A stretch of DNA of 63,955 bases, filler included, from Octopus bimaculoides (lineage: Eukaryota): assembly GCF_001194135.2 (NCBI RefSeq). It is 7 parts of 7 records of this genome, joined end to end, with 100 filler letters (N's around TTAATTAATTAA, not from the genome) between each part and the next. Parts side by side here need not be neighbours in the genome. Positions count along the whole stretch, not along the records: positions 1 to 17,243 come from NC_068981.1; 6 more parts are not named here. One strand, given 5' to 3'. Each line of letters begins with the position of its first letter. Position 1 is the stretch's first letter. Both the position numbers and the translations under genes were made by a program. Positions 1-11,374 of this stretch are shown one piece after another. The notes under the pieces are model-generated. The model saw only the letters and a list, made by a program, of their open reading frames with translations, did not search any database and was not told where the DNA came from.

Positions 1-544
1 TCACTGGGTACCTGCAACCGGCCATTTTCAAAAAATCTGGGAATGCCAGATCTTTAGCAGCCGATTCGGTCCATAGAGTTAAAGCCACTTTTGACCCCAC
101 CCAATGGGCCACCGGCAACAATTTCACATTTAGCAGCTTGGATCCGCTGCCATCCAGGCCCCAGCGAATAGTATCCTCTATCCATTCCGGTTCAATGCCT
201 GGTGGCAGACCACAGACCCAAGCTTTTGTTAATTTCTTCCCACAGTATGTGGGAAGAAACAGAATCTTTTGCCCTTCAAAGGGCTGGCTTGCAAATTTGC
301 GAGCCACCTCGGGGGTGTCAAATAGCAACCACACCGTTGGGTACCTAACACCCTTGGAAATAAACTTAATAGTTGGCAGTTATTCTGCCAACTCTTTTAC
401 AATTTCAGTCCTGGGAAAGACCGTGATGGTGTCAAGTGACTTAGAATAAGTCCTCAACACCACCGTTCTCTCATTTAAGTTTTTTAACCATTGCTTGGGT
501 GGGATAATTTCCCACTCCAACGCAGTGTTCACCTTCTTCGTCAT
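1..544 (-). mobile_element. ORF1 remnant of a Tx1/L1-clade LINE (RRM-type ORF1), running off the window edge
   Basis: ATG at 544. The frame MTKKVNTALEWEIIPPKQW...KELAE*LPTIKFISKGVRYPTVWLLFDTPEVARKF...KAWVCGLPPGIEPEWIEDTIRWGL...FPDFLKMAGCRYPV stays open to base 1 except for one TAA (382-380). The WVCGLPPGIEPEWI segment fits the VxxLPxxIxxExI RRM pattern of Tx1-type ORF1. Family call is by motif recall. Confidence 0.6.
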
Positions 545-1580
545 GCTTGAAGGAAAAAGTCCAATAAACAATTCAAAACAAAAAGTTTAAACAAAGTCCA
601 AAAAAATAGTTTGAAGGAAGACAAAGAAGAACAGAAAGACAGAGCAGAGAAAAGGGAAGAGGGAAGACAGTTCAAATGACGGCAACACACAATTCCGGCC
701 ACCCAACAGGTATTCCAGAAAAGGTACTCCAAAATGGGTCACAGCAGCAAGAACACAAAAAAATCCGCCACAAATTGGTAGAATTTTCCAAAATATTTCA
801 GAATTTTTCGGAGGTGAGATACGCCCCCAAAACAACAATTCTTACAATTAAGTGAGACAGCGCAACTACAGGCAGACAAATGCCTCGGAACTCAGTTGGA
901 ATTTCTTGTTCGCAAAAAAATGAACAACAAACAACAAACTCTAACTGAATCCTCAAAAAACAAATAAATGTCTTACCTTATAGTTGCGCCTTCAAATTTC
1001 TTCACTTCAAGACCGCTGCGAAAGCACGTCTTGACAGCATTCAGTGCAAAAACAACACTGACCAACGCATGCACAGTACCTACTACCTGCAGCTAAGCCT
1101 TCACAAGAGTAAAAGACAAAGAGAGAGAAAAAGAAAAATGTCCATTGTATTTCAAAACTATGGAAATATCTAAAAAAACAAAACATTTAATTCAATTTTT
1201 CCACAATTTAATTTGTATTGTTGAAAAAGCCGCAAAGAATGAAACCGGTACTAAAATGTTCTTCATGATAAAATTAAAAACCTCATTAAGGGATGATAAA
1301 ATCCAATGTATATACAGGTTTATTACATATTACGAAAAGTATTGAATATTACATTTAATATTCCCCCATTAATCGATTTCGAAAAAGAAAAATTCTACAT
1401 TGTATTGTCCCCTCTGTGTTGAGACCTGTGTGGCTAATAAAGAAATCTCTCTCTCTCCCCNNNNNNNNNNNNNNNNNNNNNNNNNNNNNNNNNNNNNNNN
1501 NNNNNNNNNNNNNNNNNNNNNNNNNNNNNNNNNNNNNNNNNNNNNNNCCACCCTCTCTCTCTCTCTCTCTCTATCTATAG

Positions 1581-1816
1581 ATAGCAACAGAAGTTGTAGT
1601 GGTGTTGGCAAAGACATCAACTCTTCCCTCAACACCAACACCACTAATACAACAACTTCTGCTGCTACAACTACCTCCTCTGCTACCGACACCACCACCA
1701 CCACCACCACCACCAACCAAACCTACCACCACCAACAAATGAACATACAGCAGCCCATTGGAAAACACCACCACCAACAACAGCAAGAACTGAAGAAACA
1801 GAAAAATCTATCTTGA
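1581..1816 (+). CDS. Candidate low-complexity (Thr/His/Gln-rich) coding exon, unverified
   Basis: A (CT)n pyrimidine tract and TAG acceptor (1578-1580) precede an open frame DSNRSCSGVGKDINSSLNTNTTNTTTSAATTT...HHQQMNIQQPIGKHHHQQQQELKKQKNLS*. No recognisable domain. Confidence 0.25.
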
Positions 1817-3219
1817 CCTAGAGCGTGCTCTAGCCACCAGACCTACATACACCGTCGTAATGGGAAATTTCAGTACTAAAGTTGGAAAAGGGCGACAAGG
1901 TGGGAAGTACGTGGGAAGATTCAGGCTCGGTGAGAGAAATCAGAGGGAACGTTTAGTCACCATGACAGAGTCGAAAGGGCTGAACATCAACATCAGGGTC
2001 AGGAACAGATGGAACTGGATCGCCCCGAAACCAAAGGACCGAAATTAGATCGACTACATCCTGGTCGATAAAAGGCGTATTCTACAAGACGTCTATGTAG
2101 TTACGCCGTTCAACGCAGGAAGTGACCATCGCCTTGTGCGGGCTAAGATTGTGTTAGGTTAGAAGAGGGAGAAAAAAGTGCCATAGTTAGCGCCGAGAGA
2201 ACAATATGTGAAGATTGTGAAGTTAGAACAACTGAGAGGAGTCACCAGGAAAGAATCCTGAGATTAGCTTGAGGAAATAGACGACGACTAAGAGACACTG
2301 ATCCAGAAGTTGACGAAAAGCTTGAAGAGTAAAAAGGTCGCGGTTCCGAAGGAAACAGGAAGGATCTCGGAGCAGACAAAGAAGCTGACGAAAAAGTGGA
2401 GAAGCATGAATAGAGATAGGGAACACCTGGTGGAATATTCTTTCCCTTGCTAGACGATAAGACGATGCTTTGAGAATGACTTCGAGAGGTACAGAAAAGA
2501 GAAGCTCCTGAAGACTGCACAAGAACGGAAGAGCCTCAATAAATGCGAAAGGGAGATAATGCTTTATAGAACGGATGTAACGACGCTGAAGAACCAGGAT
2601 ATCAATGCAGTGACCAACAGGAGAAGTGTGAAAGAAGTTTGCAAATCTTTCTACACAAACCTCTTTAAATCGAGAGCAGTAGCTGCGCTTCCGTCGTTGG
2701 AAAATGAAGGAAAGTACCATCTATTCTGATCAGTGAAATCGAGAGAGCCTTCAAGCTGATAAACAGAGGAAAAGTACCGGGCGAAGATGGTATAACATCT
2801 GAAATACTGTAAGCCGGCGGAGAGCAGCTATTGAAAATCCTCGCTCGAAGTGAGAAGAACATCTGTTTACAGCACAGAGAGACATGGAAAGGTCAAAACT
2901 GGGAATCTCGCTAAGAGATCACATCCGGAACGAGATCAGGAATAAAACTGGAGTGAAGGACGTCGTCAGAGAATACCACCACGCAAATCTACGATGGGTT
3001 GGTCATGTTGCAAGGTCCACAGATAATTGGTGGACCCGCGCAGTTGTCAATTGGCACCCTCAAGAACGGAAGAGACCACTCGGAAGACCGCCAATCAGGT
3101 GGGAAGACGATTTAGAAAAATGTTTAGAACAACGTTGAAAATGGCGAGAGCACGAAGGAAATGGAACAAATGCTGTGGCTAGCGGAGCCGATTCGGCACC
3201 AGACAGCCTAGCCGATTCA
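1788..3219 (+). mobile_element. RTE-clade LINE, 5'-truncated, frameshifted, RT core deleted
   Basis: APE endonuclease motifs EEtEKxYLDLERAL..VMGNFSTKVGK, IDYILVDK and GSDHRLVRAKI (1790-2155). Pre-RT motif EIERAFKLINRGKVPGEDGITSEIL (~2735-2810) is joined at ~2850 to the RTE C-terminus AQRDMERSKLGISLRDHIRNE..LRWVGHVAR..WHPQERKRPLGRPPIRWEDD. A short AGCCGATTC repeat marks the 3' end. Confidence 0.92.
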
Positions 3220-3820
3220 AGTGATATACATACATATGAAAGGGTGTATATGTGAGTGTGTATTTTTGCGTATGTATTGGTTTGTGTCTACAACTGGCAA
3301 GCGGTACTTGCTTGTTTACGTCCCGTAATTTAGAGGCGATATGCGCATATAAGTATTTGTAGATTAACCATTTTGTCAGAGTCCTTTCGTCGTGACATGC
3401 TTTCACTCTTCTTTATATACTTGTATTTTGTTTTTGTGTGTATGTATTTCTGTATACATTTATGCAAAAAAGTTTGTTCTTACATTTCCAATTCACATAA
3501 ATATAATCTCCCTGAAACAATATAAATTAAGACCAGCAATTGTTTAACCTTCCTCTAACAAATCCAATTTGTTAGAGATGTATGAGTAATGCAAAACGTA
3601 TGAGTTACAGAGTGTCCGAACCTTCTCATACTTAATCACTTTCTCACGCAATCCCTACATTCCAAAGTTAGTTTTTCAAGACATTTATCACATCATCGAT
3701 ATACAACCATCCAAGTTCAAACCACCCATATATAAGCTGATAGCTATTTAATTCATGCCTAGAATAGACCAACGCGGGGGTAGATCTAAGTGTGCTGTCA
3801 CTTTTGATAAAATACGTATA

Positions 3821-3965
3821 TACATGAGGGGGTGCAGAAAAATTCCTGACTTTTAGTAAAAGAAAATACAGGAGGATAAGTAATTATAGTTTTATTCAAC
3901 ATATTTCCCTCTCAGATTCACACACTTATTGCAGCAATCCTTCAGTTTTTCTAAACCCTGTAAAA
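3821..3965 (+). mobile_element. Mariner-derived MITE, left part only
   Basis: TACATGAGGGGGTGCAGAAAAATTCCTGAC resembles a mariner TIR. Internal sequence (ttttattcaacatatttccctctcagattcacacac; tttttctaaaccctgtaaaagaa) is shared with the complete copy at 51029-51252. Confidence 0.75.
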
Positions 3966-4555
3966 GAAAGACGTAAGATGAATTCAACAGACGAAATTGC
4001 TTGTAATTCACGAAAGGGATTAACGAATATTTACGGACAATTGTAAACATTTTGGCTCTGACGTCTTACTCTCTAACTGGTATGCAAATACTAGGAAAAT
4101 ATAGATACGTCATAGAAATTAAGCTATGCAAATGTCAGGGGTTCTAAGATCAGTTTAGCTTATTGAGAAATCTGAATGCGTGAAGCATCTAAGGAGACCC
4201 GGTGTACTTGGAGGAAGCAAGACAGAGAGAGGAGGGAGAGGGAGGTGGAAATGCCTCACAGTTAGGAGAGAAACGTGACTGTAATGGACTACTGTCATCA
4301 TTGCAATGAAATGATGTTGAGGTTTGGGAACCTTGACGAACGTTGGCGCATTATTGTTCCTCTTAAAAATTTAAGGCCAAAGAAATTTGAACGCAATAGT
4401 GCATAAATTTTCTCATGGATGTTTATTTTGTTTGTCAGAATGATTTATTGTAAAACATGTATTGTGTTCCTGCTATTCTGGCTTTTATCTCAACAGTGAC
4501 CTCTTGTCGTGTCCTCATTAACAGGGTTCTTCACAACACAACCGAACTGTCTGTG

Positions 4556-4580
4556 ATCATCATCATCATCATCATCATCA

Positions 4581-4638
<58 letters not shown>

Positions 4639-4650
4639 CATCATCATCTT
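4556..4650. repeat. Compound (ATC)n-(ATT)n-(ATC)n trinucleotide microsatellite
   Basis: Directly visible. Confidence 0.97.
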
Positions 4651-7385
4651 CATTCAATTGATCGCGACGCATCCCATTTTCAAATAAGTTTATTTTCACC
4701 TTTTTGATAGGACTCTCTACTCTTCTGTTTTCTTCCTCCATCCTTCTCTAATTTCCTTTTTCTTCACCCCCTCCCTCCTTCACCGTTTTCTATCTGTCTT
4801 TCTCTCTCCCCCTCTTTGTATTTTTTCTCTCTCTCTCTTGTTGCTCACACGTGACCATCGTCCATCTTTCTTTTCCTCACGTGACTATCTTTCTTTTCCT
4901 GCACGGAGGTTTTAAAAAAACGGACGTGTTATTCTCTCTCTTCTATCTTTTCTCTTTAAAAAAAAATGTTTCTCCCAGCGTTCACTATTTCCCTCTCATT
5001 CGGGTTCCTTGTATGTCTCCACTGTTATTTTTTTTTTGCTCCCNNNNNNNNNNNNNNNNNNNNNNNNNNNNNNNNNNNNNNNNNNNNNNNNNNNNNNNNN
5101 NNNNNNNNNNNNNNNNNNNNNNNNNNNNNNNNNNNNNNNNNNNNNNNNNNNNNNNNNNNNNNNNNNNNNNNNNNNNNNNNNNNNNNNNNNNNNNNNNNNN
5201 NNNNNNNNNNNNNNNNNNNNNNNNNNNNNNNNNNNNNNNNNNNNNNNNNNNNNNNNNNNNNNNNNNNNNNNNNNNNNNNNNNNNNNNNNNNNNNNNNNNN
5301 NNNNNNNNNNNNNNNNNNNNNNNNNNNNNNNNNNNNNNNNNNNNNNNNNNNNNNNNNNNNNNNNNNNNNNNNNNNNNNNNNNNNNNNNNNNNNNNNNNNN
5401 NNNNNNNNNNNNNNNNNNNNNNNNNNNNNNNNNNNNNNNNNNNNNNNNNNNNNNNNNNNNNNNNNNNNNNNNNNNNNNNNNNNNNNNNNNNNNNNNNNNN
5501 NNNNNNNNNNNNNNNNNNNNNNNNNNNNNNNNNNNNNNNNNNNNNNNNNNNNNNNNNNNNNNNNNNNNNTATAACGGTCTTAAGCATGCAATGGACAAAA
5601 TAAATGAATTCAATATAGATTCATCCTATTGTAAAATCGAAGAAAATCTTAAATCGAAGAGTAGATTCAAAATATATATTGTAAATAATTATATACATTA
5701 AAATTAAAATTTTCACGCTGCATTACATAAATATTTTTATAACAGTATATACCCATACTAGACCATCTATAATATATATATACATCAGAATACACTGATG
5801 CATGCATATAGTTACATACATATACAGGCATATATATGTATGACATAAATATACGCACAAATGCACATATACAGATATACGTATATTTACACAACCATGC
5901 ACGCGCATAAAAATCTCTTGGTGTATACATATACAAGTCAGTTATAACAGACAAGAGAGATCGGAAGTATATCTTAAATGTAGGGAGGGGGAAAGAAACA
6001 GCTATGGACAGAAAGAGGGAAGTAAGGGGGGAGGGAGAAGAGGAACGCATTTTTTAAGTAACGAAGAGGGAAAGAAAGGATACTTTGCGCAAGGAAAGCA
6101 AAAAGTAAGAGAGACAGGTGACGGAATATGTGTAACAAACGTACATATACATACATACATACATACATATATATATATATATANNNNNNNNNNNNNNNNN
6201 NNNNNNNNNNNNNNNNNNNNNNNNNNNNNNNNNNNNNNNNNNNNNNNNNNNNNNNNNNNNNNNNNNNNNNNNNNNNNNNNNNNNNNNNNNNNNNNNNNNN
6301 NNNNNNNNNNNNNNNNNNNNNNNNNNNNNNNNNNNNNNNNNNNNNNNNNNNNNNNNNNNNNNNNNNNNNNNNNNNNNNNNNNNNNNNNNNNNNNNNNNNN
6401 NNNNNNNNNNNNNNNNNNNNNNNNNNNNNNNNNNNNNNNNNNNNNNNNNNNNNNNNNNNNNNNNNNNNNNNNNNNNNNNNNNNNNNNNNNNNNNNNNNNN
6501 NNNNNNNNNNNNNNNNNNNNNNNNNNNNNNNNNNNNNNNNNNNNNNNNNNNNNNNNNNNNNNNNNNNNNNNNNNNNNNNNNNNNNNNNNNNNNNNNNNNN
6601 NNNNNNNNNNNNNNNNNNNNNNNNNNNNNNNNNNNNNNNNNNNNNNNNNNNNNNNNNNNNNNNNNNNNNNNNNNNNNNNNNNNNNNNNNNNNNNNNNNNN
6701 NNNNNNNNNNNNNNNNNNNNNNNNNNNNNNNNNNNNNNNNNNNNNNNNNNNNNNNNNNNNNNNNNNNNNNNNNNNNNNNNNNNNNNNNNNNNNNNNNNNN
6801 NNNNNNNNNNNNNNNNNNNNNNNNNNNNNNNNNNNNNNNNNNNNNNNNNNNNNNNNNNNNNNNNNNNNNNNNNNNNNNNNNNNNNNNNNNNNNNNNNNNN
6901 NNNNNNNNNNNNNNNNNNTTTTCCACCAGTTAACATCACAGTTAACAAGATCTCTTTTTCTTTTAAAACATGTAACAACAAAGTTCTCTCTTTAAAGAAT
7001 ATTTAAACAAACCTTCACCGCAAGAATTTCCTTTCCTTCAAATATCCCACTACAATCACAAGAAGTGACCAACGTAGCCTACTACAATCTTTTGCCTGCC
7101 ACAACAGTTCCATCTCTCTGTCCCTCTCTCTGATTGCTTCAGTCCCTATCTGCTGACTGGTATCTTCTGACCATAGGCTCTCTCTCTCTCTCAGCCTCTT
7201 TCCGTCAGCCTCTCTGTTCATCTTCACTCACTGCTGGCCCTTGGCCTTCACATCAATTGCTGTACATCTTCACTGGCTGACCACTCACCAACTGCTCTAC
7301 CGTATTTATCACAAATACCGTAGCTCAACAGTGCTACCTTACCCCCTCCAAAGCTGGGTCAGTTTAGTACAATTCCTAACTTATT

Positions 7386-8600
7386 TTTCTCAACTTTCGG
7401 TGACCGGAAAGGGTCACCGATCACACCTACGCTAAAAATAACTGTGCTTGTTCACAAGACAAAGGAAATACCATTGTCCTCAACAACCAGAATACGGTTT
7501 CAAACCCAGCTCGGGGAATAAGGACCTAACGTTATTTTGTTTGTTTACCGGCATCCGTATCAATATCTAGGTCCTAACGTATATATACAAACAACTTTCA
7601 TAAAAATTGCTGAGTGTATAATAATAAAATTCGGATAAAAAACATGCAAAATGGAACACCATATATCGAATTATCTATAAATATAACGATTAAATGGGTT
7701 TGTAAAATACAATAAAATGAAATAAAAATAAAATCTTAAACATGAAGATAATATATACATATAACAGTCGAAGGTTTTCTTAAGAAATACGTCGAAATAT
7801 ATACAATATCTTTGCGATGCGAAATAAGCATGCATTACAAAATACAAATCCAACAGGGGGATTGAAGACTAGTTGAAGATTCAAAAAATATATACTATCC
7901 ATATGGTATTTTGTCAGCTGACATTTTAAATTTTGTTGCGTGTCTGCAGGAATTCATGAGTTCGCGTCATTGATTCAAAGCGCTATTGTCCTGGAATAAA
8001 ATATAGAATTTTTCAAAAGACATAAATGACTTTTGATGGGTCTTTTATGCGCACCGTGACTGTAAGGTGATGCTTTGTCTAAAATTCTCCATATCACGTT
8101 GAAAGGGCGGGCTTGTCTTTGTCCTATTTTGGCAGGCTTGTCTTTGTCCTATTTTCGGGGTATCGGAAGTAATTTCTATGAAAATAAAATCGGGTCTTGA
8201 AAGAATTTTCAGAAGCCTCTATCTAAGTTCTATATTCATGTGAGCCTTCTATTTGCACTTTGGCTCTATACACAATTCCTTTCTCCAGACATTTTCCTTC
8301 CAACGGACAGGAGGTCCCACCTTTGCAACTGAAATTCTTTGGAAAAGAATCGGCACAATGGTTATTTGCAATTATCTTATTGTTGTGCTGGTTAATGAAA
8401 AAGGCGAAGTTTTTGCAACAAGAATAGCTGATCTTAAGCGTTCTACTATTAAATATTCTGTAAAACTTATGGTTAGGTTGAAAATGTCTAGAGACTAATT
8501 TTAAGAATTCCCTACCTATAATTGTTTTTACGGCCATATTAAAAGCTGGGTTGAACCGCAAAACCCTCCTCGTCTTAGTCCTACATGTTGCATTACTGCT
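7386..8600 (-). mobile_element. Penelope-like element (Neptune-type), 5'-truncated: linker, GIY-YIG endonuclease and 3' pseudo-LTR region
   Basis: RTKTRRVLRFNPAFN..IGREFLKLVSRHF..IFNSRTLKISYSCCKN..HN; CPLEGKCLEKGIVYRAKV..(Y>*)IEASENSFKTRFYFH; LCLLEKFYIL..LNQ*RELMNSCRHATKF ending ~7890. These are typical Neptune-type PLE motifs. A 25-bp duplication at 8110-8155 and several stops inactivate it. Confidence 0.88.
7395..7426 (-). ncRNA. Degenerate hammerhead-ribozyme-like motif in the PLE 3' region
   Basis: Minus strand reads GTG-TGA TC GGTGACC cttccc-like 6-nt loop (CTTTCC) GGTCACC GAAA. The 7-bp stem II and GAAA are intact. The core differs from CTGATGA at two positions and stem III is not recognisable. 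Confidence 0.4.
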
Positions 8601-9404
8601 AGCAAACCTACCAATCATTGCACAAAGTAAGGAATTGAGAAATATCATTACTGATCAAATTATAACTCTCAGTAAGAGACAACCTAAAAACTTGAAAAAG
8701 CTATTAACAAAGGCAAGGTTTGACTTCAGCAACAAAAATCAAACATTCACTGTATTCAAATGCAATGATAGCCGATGCGGCACATGCCGATCAATCCATA
8801 CCGGCCCATATATGAACACAAAAACAGGGAAAATATTCACCAATTCGAACATGAACTGCAAAAGTAGAAATCTAATCTAATCTACTGCATCAAATGCCCA
8901 AATTGTGAAGAACTGTACGTTGGCCAGACAGGTAATGCACTATCGGAACGCTCACGTGTGCATCGACAACAGATTAAAAACTCAGAGGTCCGCCATATAC
9001 CACTGAGTAACCATCTGGCAACATCTGGTCGAAAAACTTTTATGATATTTTCATTTCATAAACTTCACAACCTGAATGAAATTGAGAGAAAACGGAAAGA
9101 AAAGGACTTTATTAAGAAATTCAAACCCAATCTTAACAAACAATGATTAAATTAATCTTACTTGGGGTTTAAAAACCTTATCTCTATAACTAAAACACAA
9201 ACAATCTCTCAAATGTCATCATTTCTAAAAATAAACATTGAAAAATGGTTTGGCATCATCTCTAAAAATAACCAAACACCTACTGCTGCTGTCCAAAGGA
9301 ATGTGAATAAAGGCCAAAAAGACAGCCAGTCAACTACAGTTAAAACACATCTGTCAGACGGGACCTTGATGACTGCTAGAAAGCAGGAAAGTATACTAGT
9401 CCTG
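8601..9404 (+). mobile_element. Penelope-like element (Penelope/Poseidon-type), 5'-truncated: GIY-YIG endonuclease and 3' pseudo-LTR with hammerhead
   Basis: NLPIIAQSKELRNII..SKRQPKNLKKLLTKA..CNDSRCGTC..NMNCKSRNLI, then after a 5-bp duplication frameshift YCIKCPNCEELYVGQTGNALSERSRVHRQQI..LSNHL..KEKDFIKKFKPNLN* (stop 9144-9146). Confidence 0.92.
9359..9404 (+). ncRNA. Minimal type I hammerhead ribozyme variant (PLE-associated)
   Basis: Stem I CGGGAC(9359-64)/GTCCTG(9399-404); core CTTGATGA (one extra U); stem II CTGCT-AGAA-AGCAG; GAAA (9387-90); palindromic stem III AGTATACT (9390-97); cleavage triplet CUA ending at 9398. Lies ~210 nt downstream of the PLE stop codon. Confidence 0.7.
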
Positions 9405-9610
9405 ATATTCTTATATACTCAATATTTCATTTATTCAATAAGACATTCAATACTTCATTTCATTTTACTATTTATATTATATATTCCATATTCTATATCC
9501 CACATTAATTTTATAAGAATATAGATAAAACATAAAAAACAGAGTTGGAACTCTTTTGAATAATATATATATATATGTGTATGTGTGTGTGTGTGTGTGT
9601 GTGTGTTTGT

Positions 9611-9655
<45 letters not shown>

Positions 9656-9709
9656 NNNNNNNNNNNNNNNNNNNNNNNNNNNNNNNNNNNNNNNNNNNNN
9701 NNNNNNNNN

Positions 9710-9760
<51 letters not shown>

Positions 9761-11187
9761 CGTCTGTGTATTTATATACTATATATATGTTAATAACAGG
9801 AATTATCGATGGGTGAGAAAGAAGTTTATAATGAACACACATGTCCAACTGATCATTCATTTAATTGTAAACAAGCATGTGTTGTAGTTTAGCAGTTTCC
9901 AAACTGAATTTTTTCTGCGAAAAACTTCTGCAATTATCCAAAATTGAGGACTCCTTGTCAACATTTTACGCTCATCGTTGCCGCCTTAATTTTAATAAGT
10001 CATCAAGTTATTGGTTAGAGAACATATCTAATCGTATCTAAAACATATAACAGTACTCAGAAAATAACGAATACCTTTCATTTATAAAATAAATTCTTAT
10101 CATTTTTTTTCATGGGAGTCACTTCGAGAAATACTGGTCTAATTTACTGCTGGAAAAAAGTTCACTATTAGAGAATAAAGTCCTCTTTGTATCTCTTATA
10201 TTTCTGTTTTAATTTGATTTTCTATTTTTATTTTATTGTGATGTTATATGAAGAGGGCGAGGAGTTTCCGCCTTCATTGGCCTGTCTATAAACTCAAGAA
10301 GACAATGATCTACAACTTCTTCGATATCACGTACATACATGCATACGCACGTACGTACGCACGTTTGTACGCTCATACGCGCGCGTGCATGCGTAATTGA
10401 AATCTATTGAAAATTTACTCTCTTACATCTTAAACCCTCATGTAACCAAAACACTCTTTCACCCAGCATTAACCTAGCATAGAACAGCACGTCCACACAC
10501 AGTCCACCACTTAACATCAAATTTCTACAAACTTAGTTGCAGCTTCGGAAATGTCTTTCCGCATCACCCTTAGCATTAGAGCATTCTTCAAACATCTTCA
10601 ACACTATATAACCGCAATACTGAATTCTGCGAAACTGCAGATACTTACCAAATGAGAGATTGTTGGGTTTCAGATCATGTCAGCTCTAATTGAGCAAATC
10701 AATGATATAATGCGTTCAAGACATTTTATTTCAAGATATAGGTGAATTTGGAATTGATCTACCAAATGTGATCATTTTTCATTTAAAAAAAAATGAAAAA
10801 CGAGGCCGATTGAAGGAGATTTTCAGCTTACTCTAGCAGGTGGTGCAACCACGTAAAACTCCGAGTTTGAACATTTAGGGGAAACACTTCCCTTCCAAAC
10901 ACAGGAGTTGGTGTCTTATCATGGGGGTGAAGTAACTCTGTAGGTGTTTCGGTTTCTTCCACCAAGACACAAAGCTGCTTCAGGCCACCCGCCAATGTAG
11001 GCGATAAAATGTTTACCACAAGATCAATAAACAACATATCACATGTTTTTTCCGTTAAATTTCTTCATCTCCTGGGTCTAGTTGCTTTTACCATAGTTTA
11101 GAGTCCAATCCAGACTGGCAGGTTAAATGCGCACTAGGGTAGCAAAGCAAAACTTTCTAAGTCGTTGCACATACATATGTCTGTGTG

Positions 11188-11251
<64 letters not shown>

Positions 11252-11269
11252 CGAAAGATCTGTGTGAGT

Positions 11270-11307
<38 letters not shown>

Positions 11308-11374
11308 GTGTGTGTGTGTGATACTTAATGTGAAACATATCCTGCATATATTTGATATAAACTTTCATTAATAT

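Noticed and set aside
4851-7006. Long ORFs (200-500 aa) in the track here and at 14343-15226, 19610-20143, 24751-25443, 28526-29480, 42414-43264, 48628-50246 and 60316-61106
   Set aside because: They are open only because N runs contain no stops; the rest is microsatellite translation.
10810-10990. Fragments resembling a further short repeat family (also 17515-17655, ~18880-18945, ~30292-30460, ~53450-53532)
   Set aside because: They are clearly repetitive but too fragmentary to define boundaries or class by eye.
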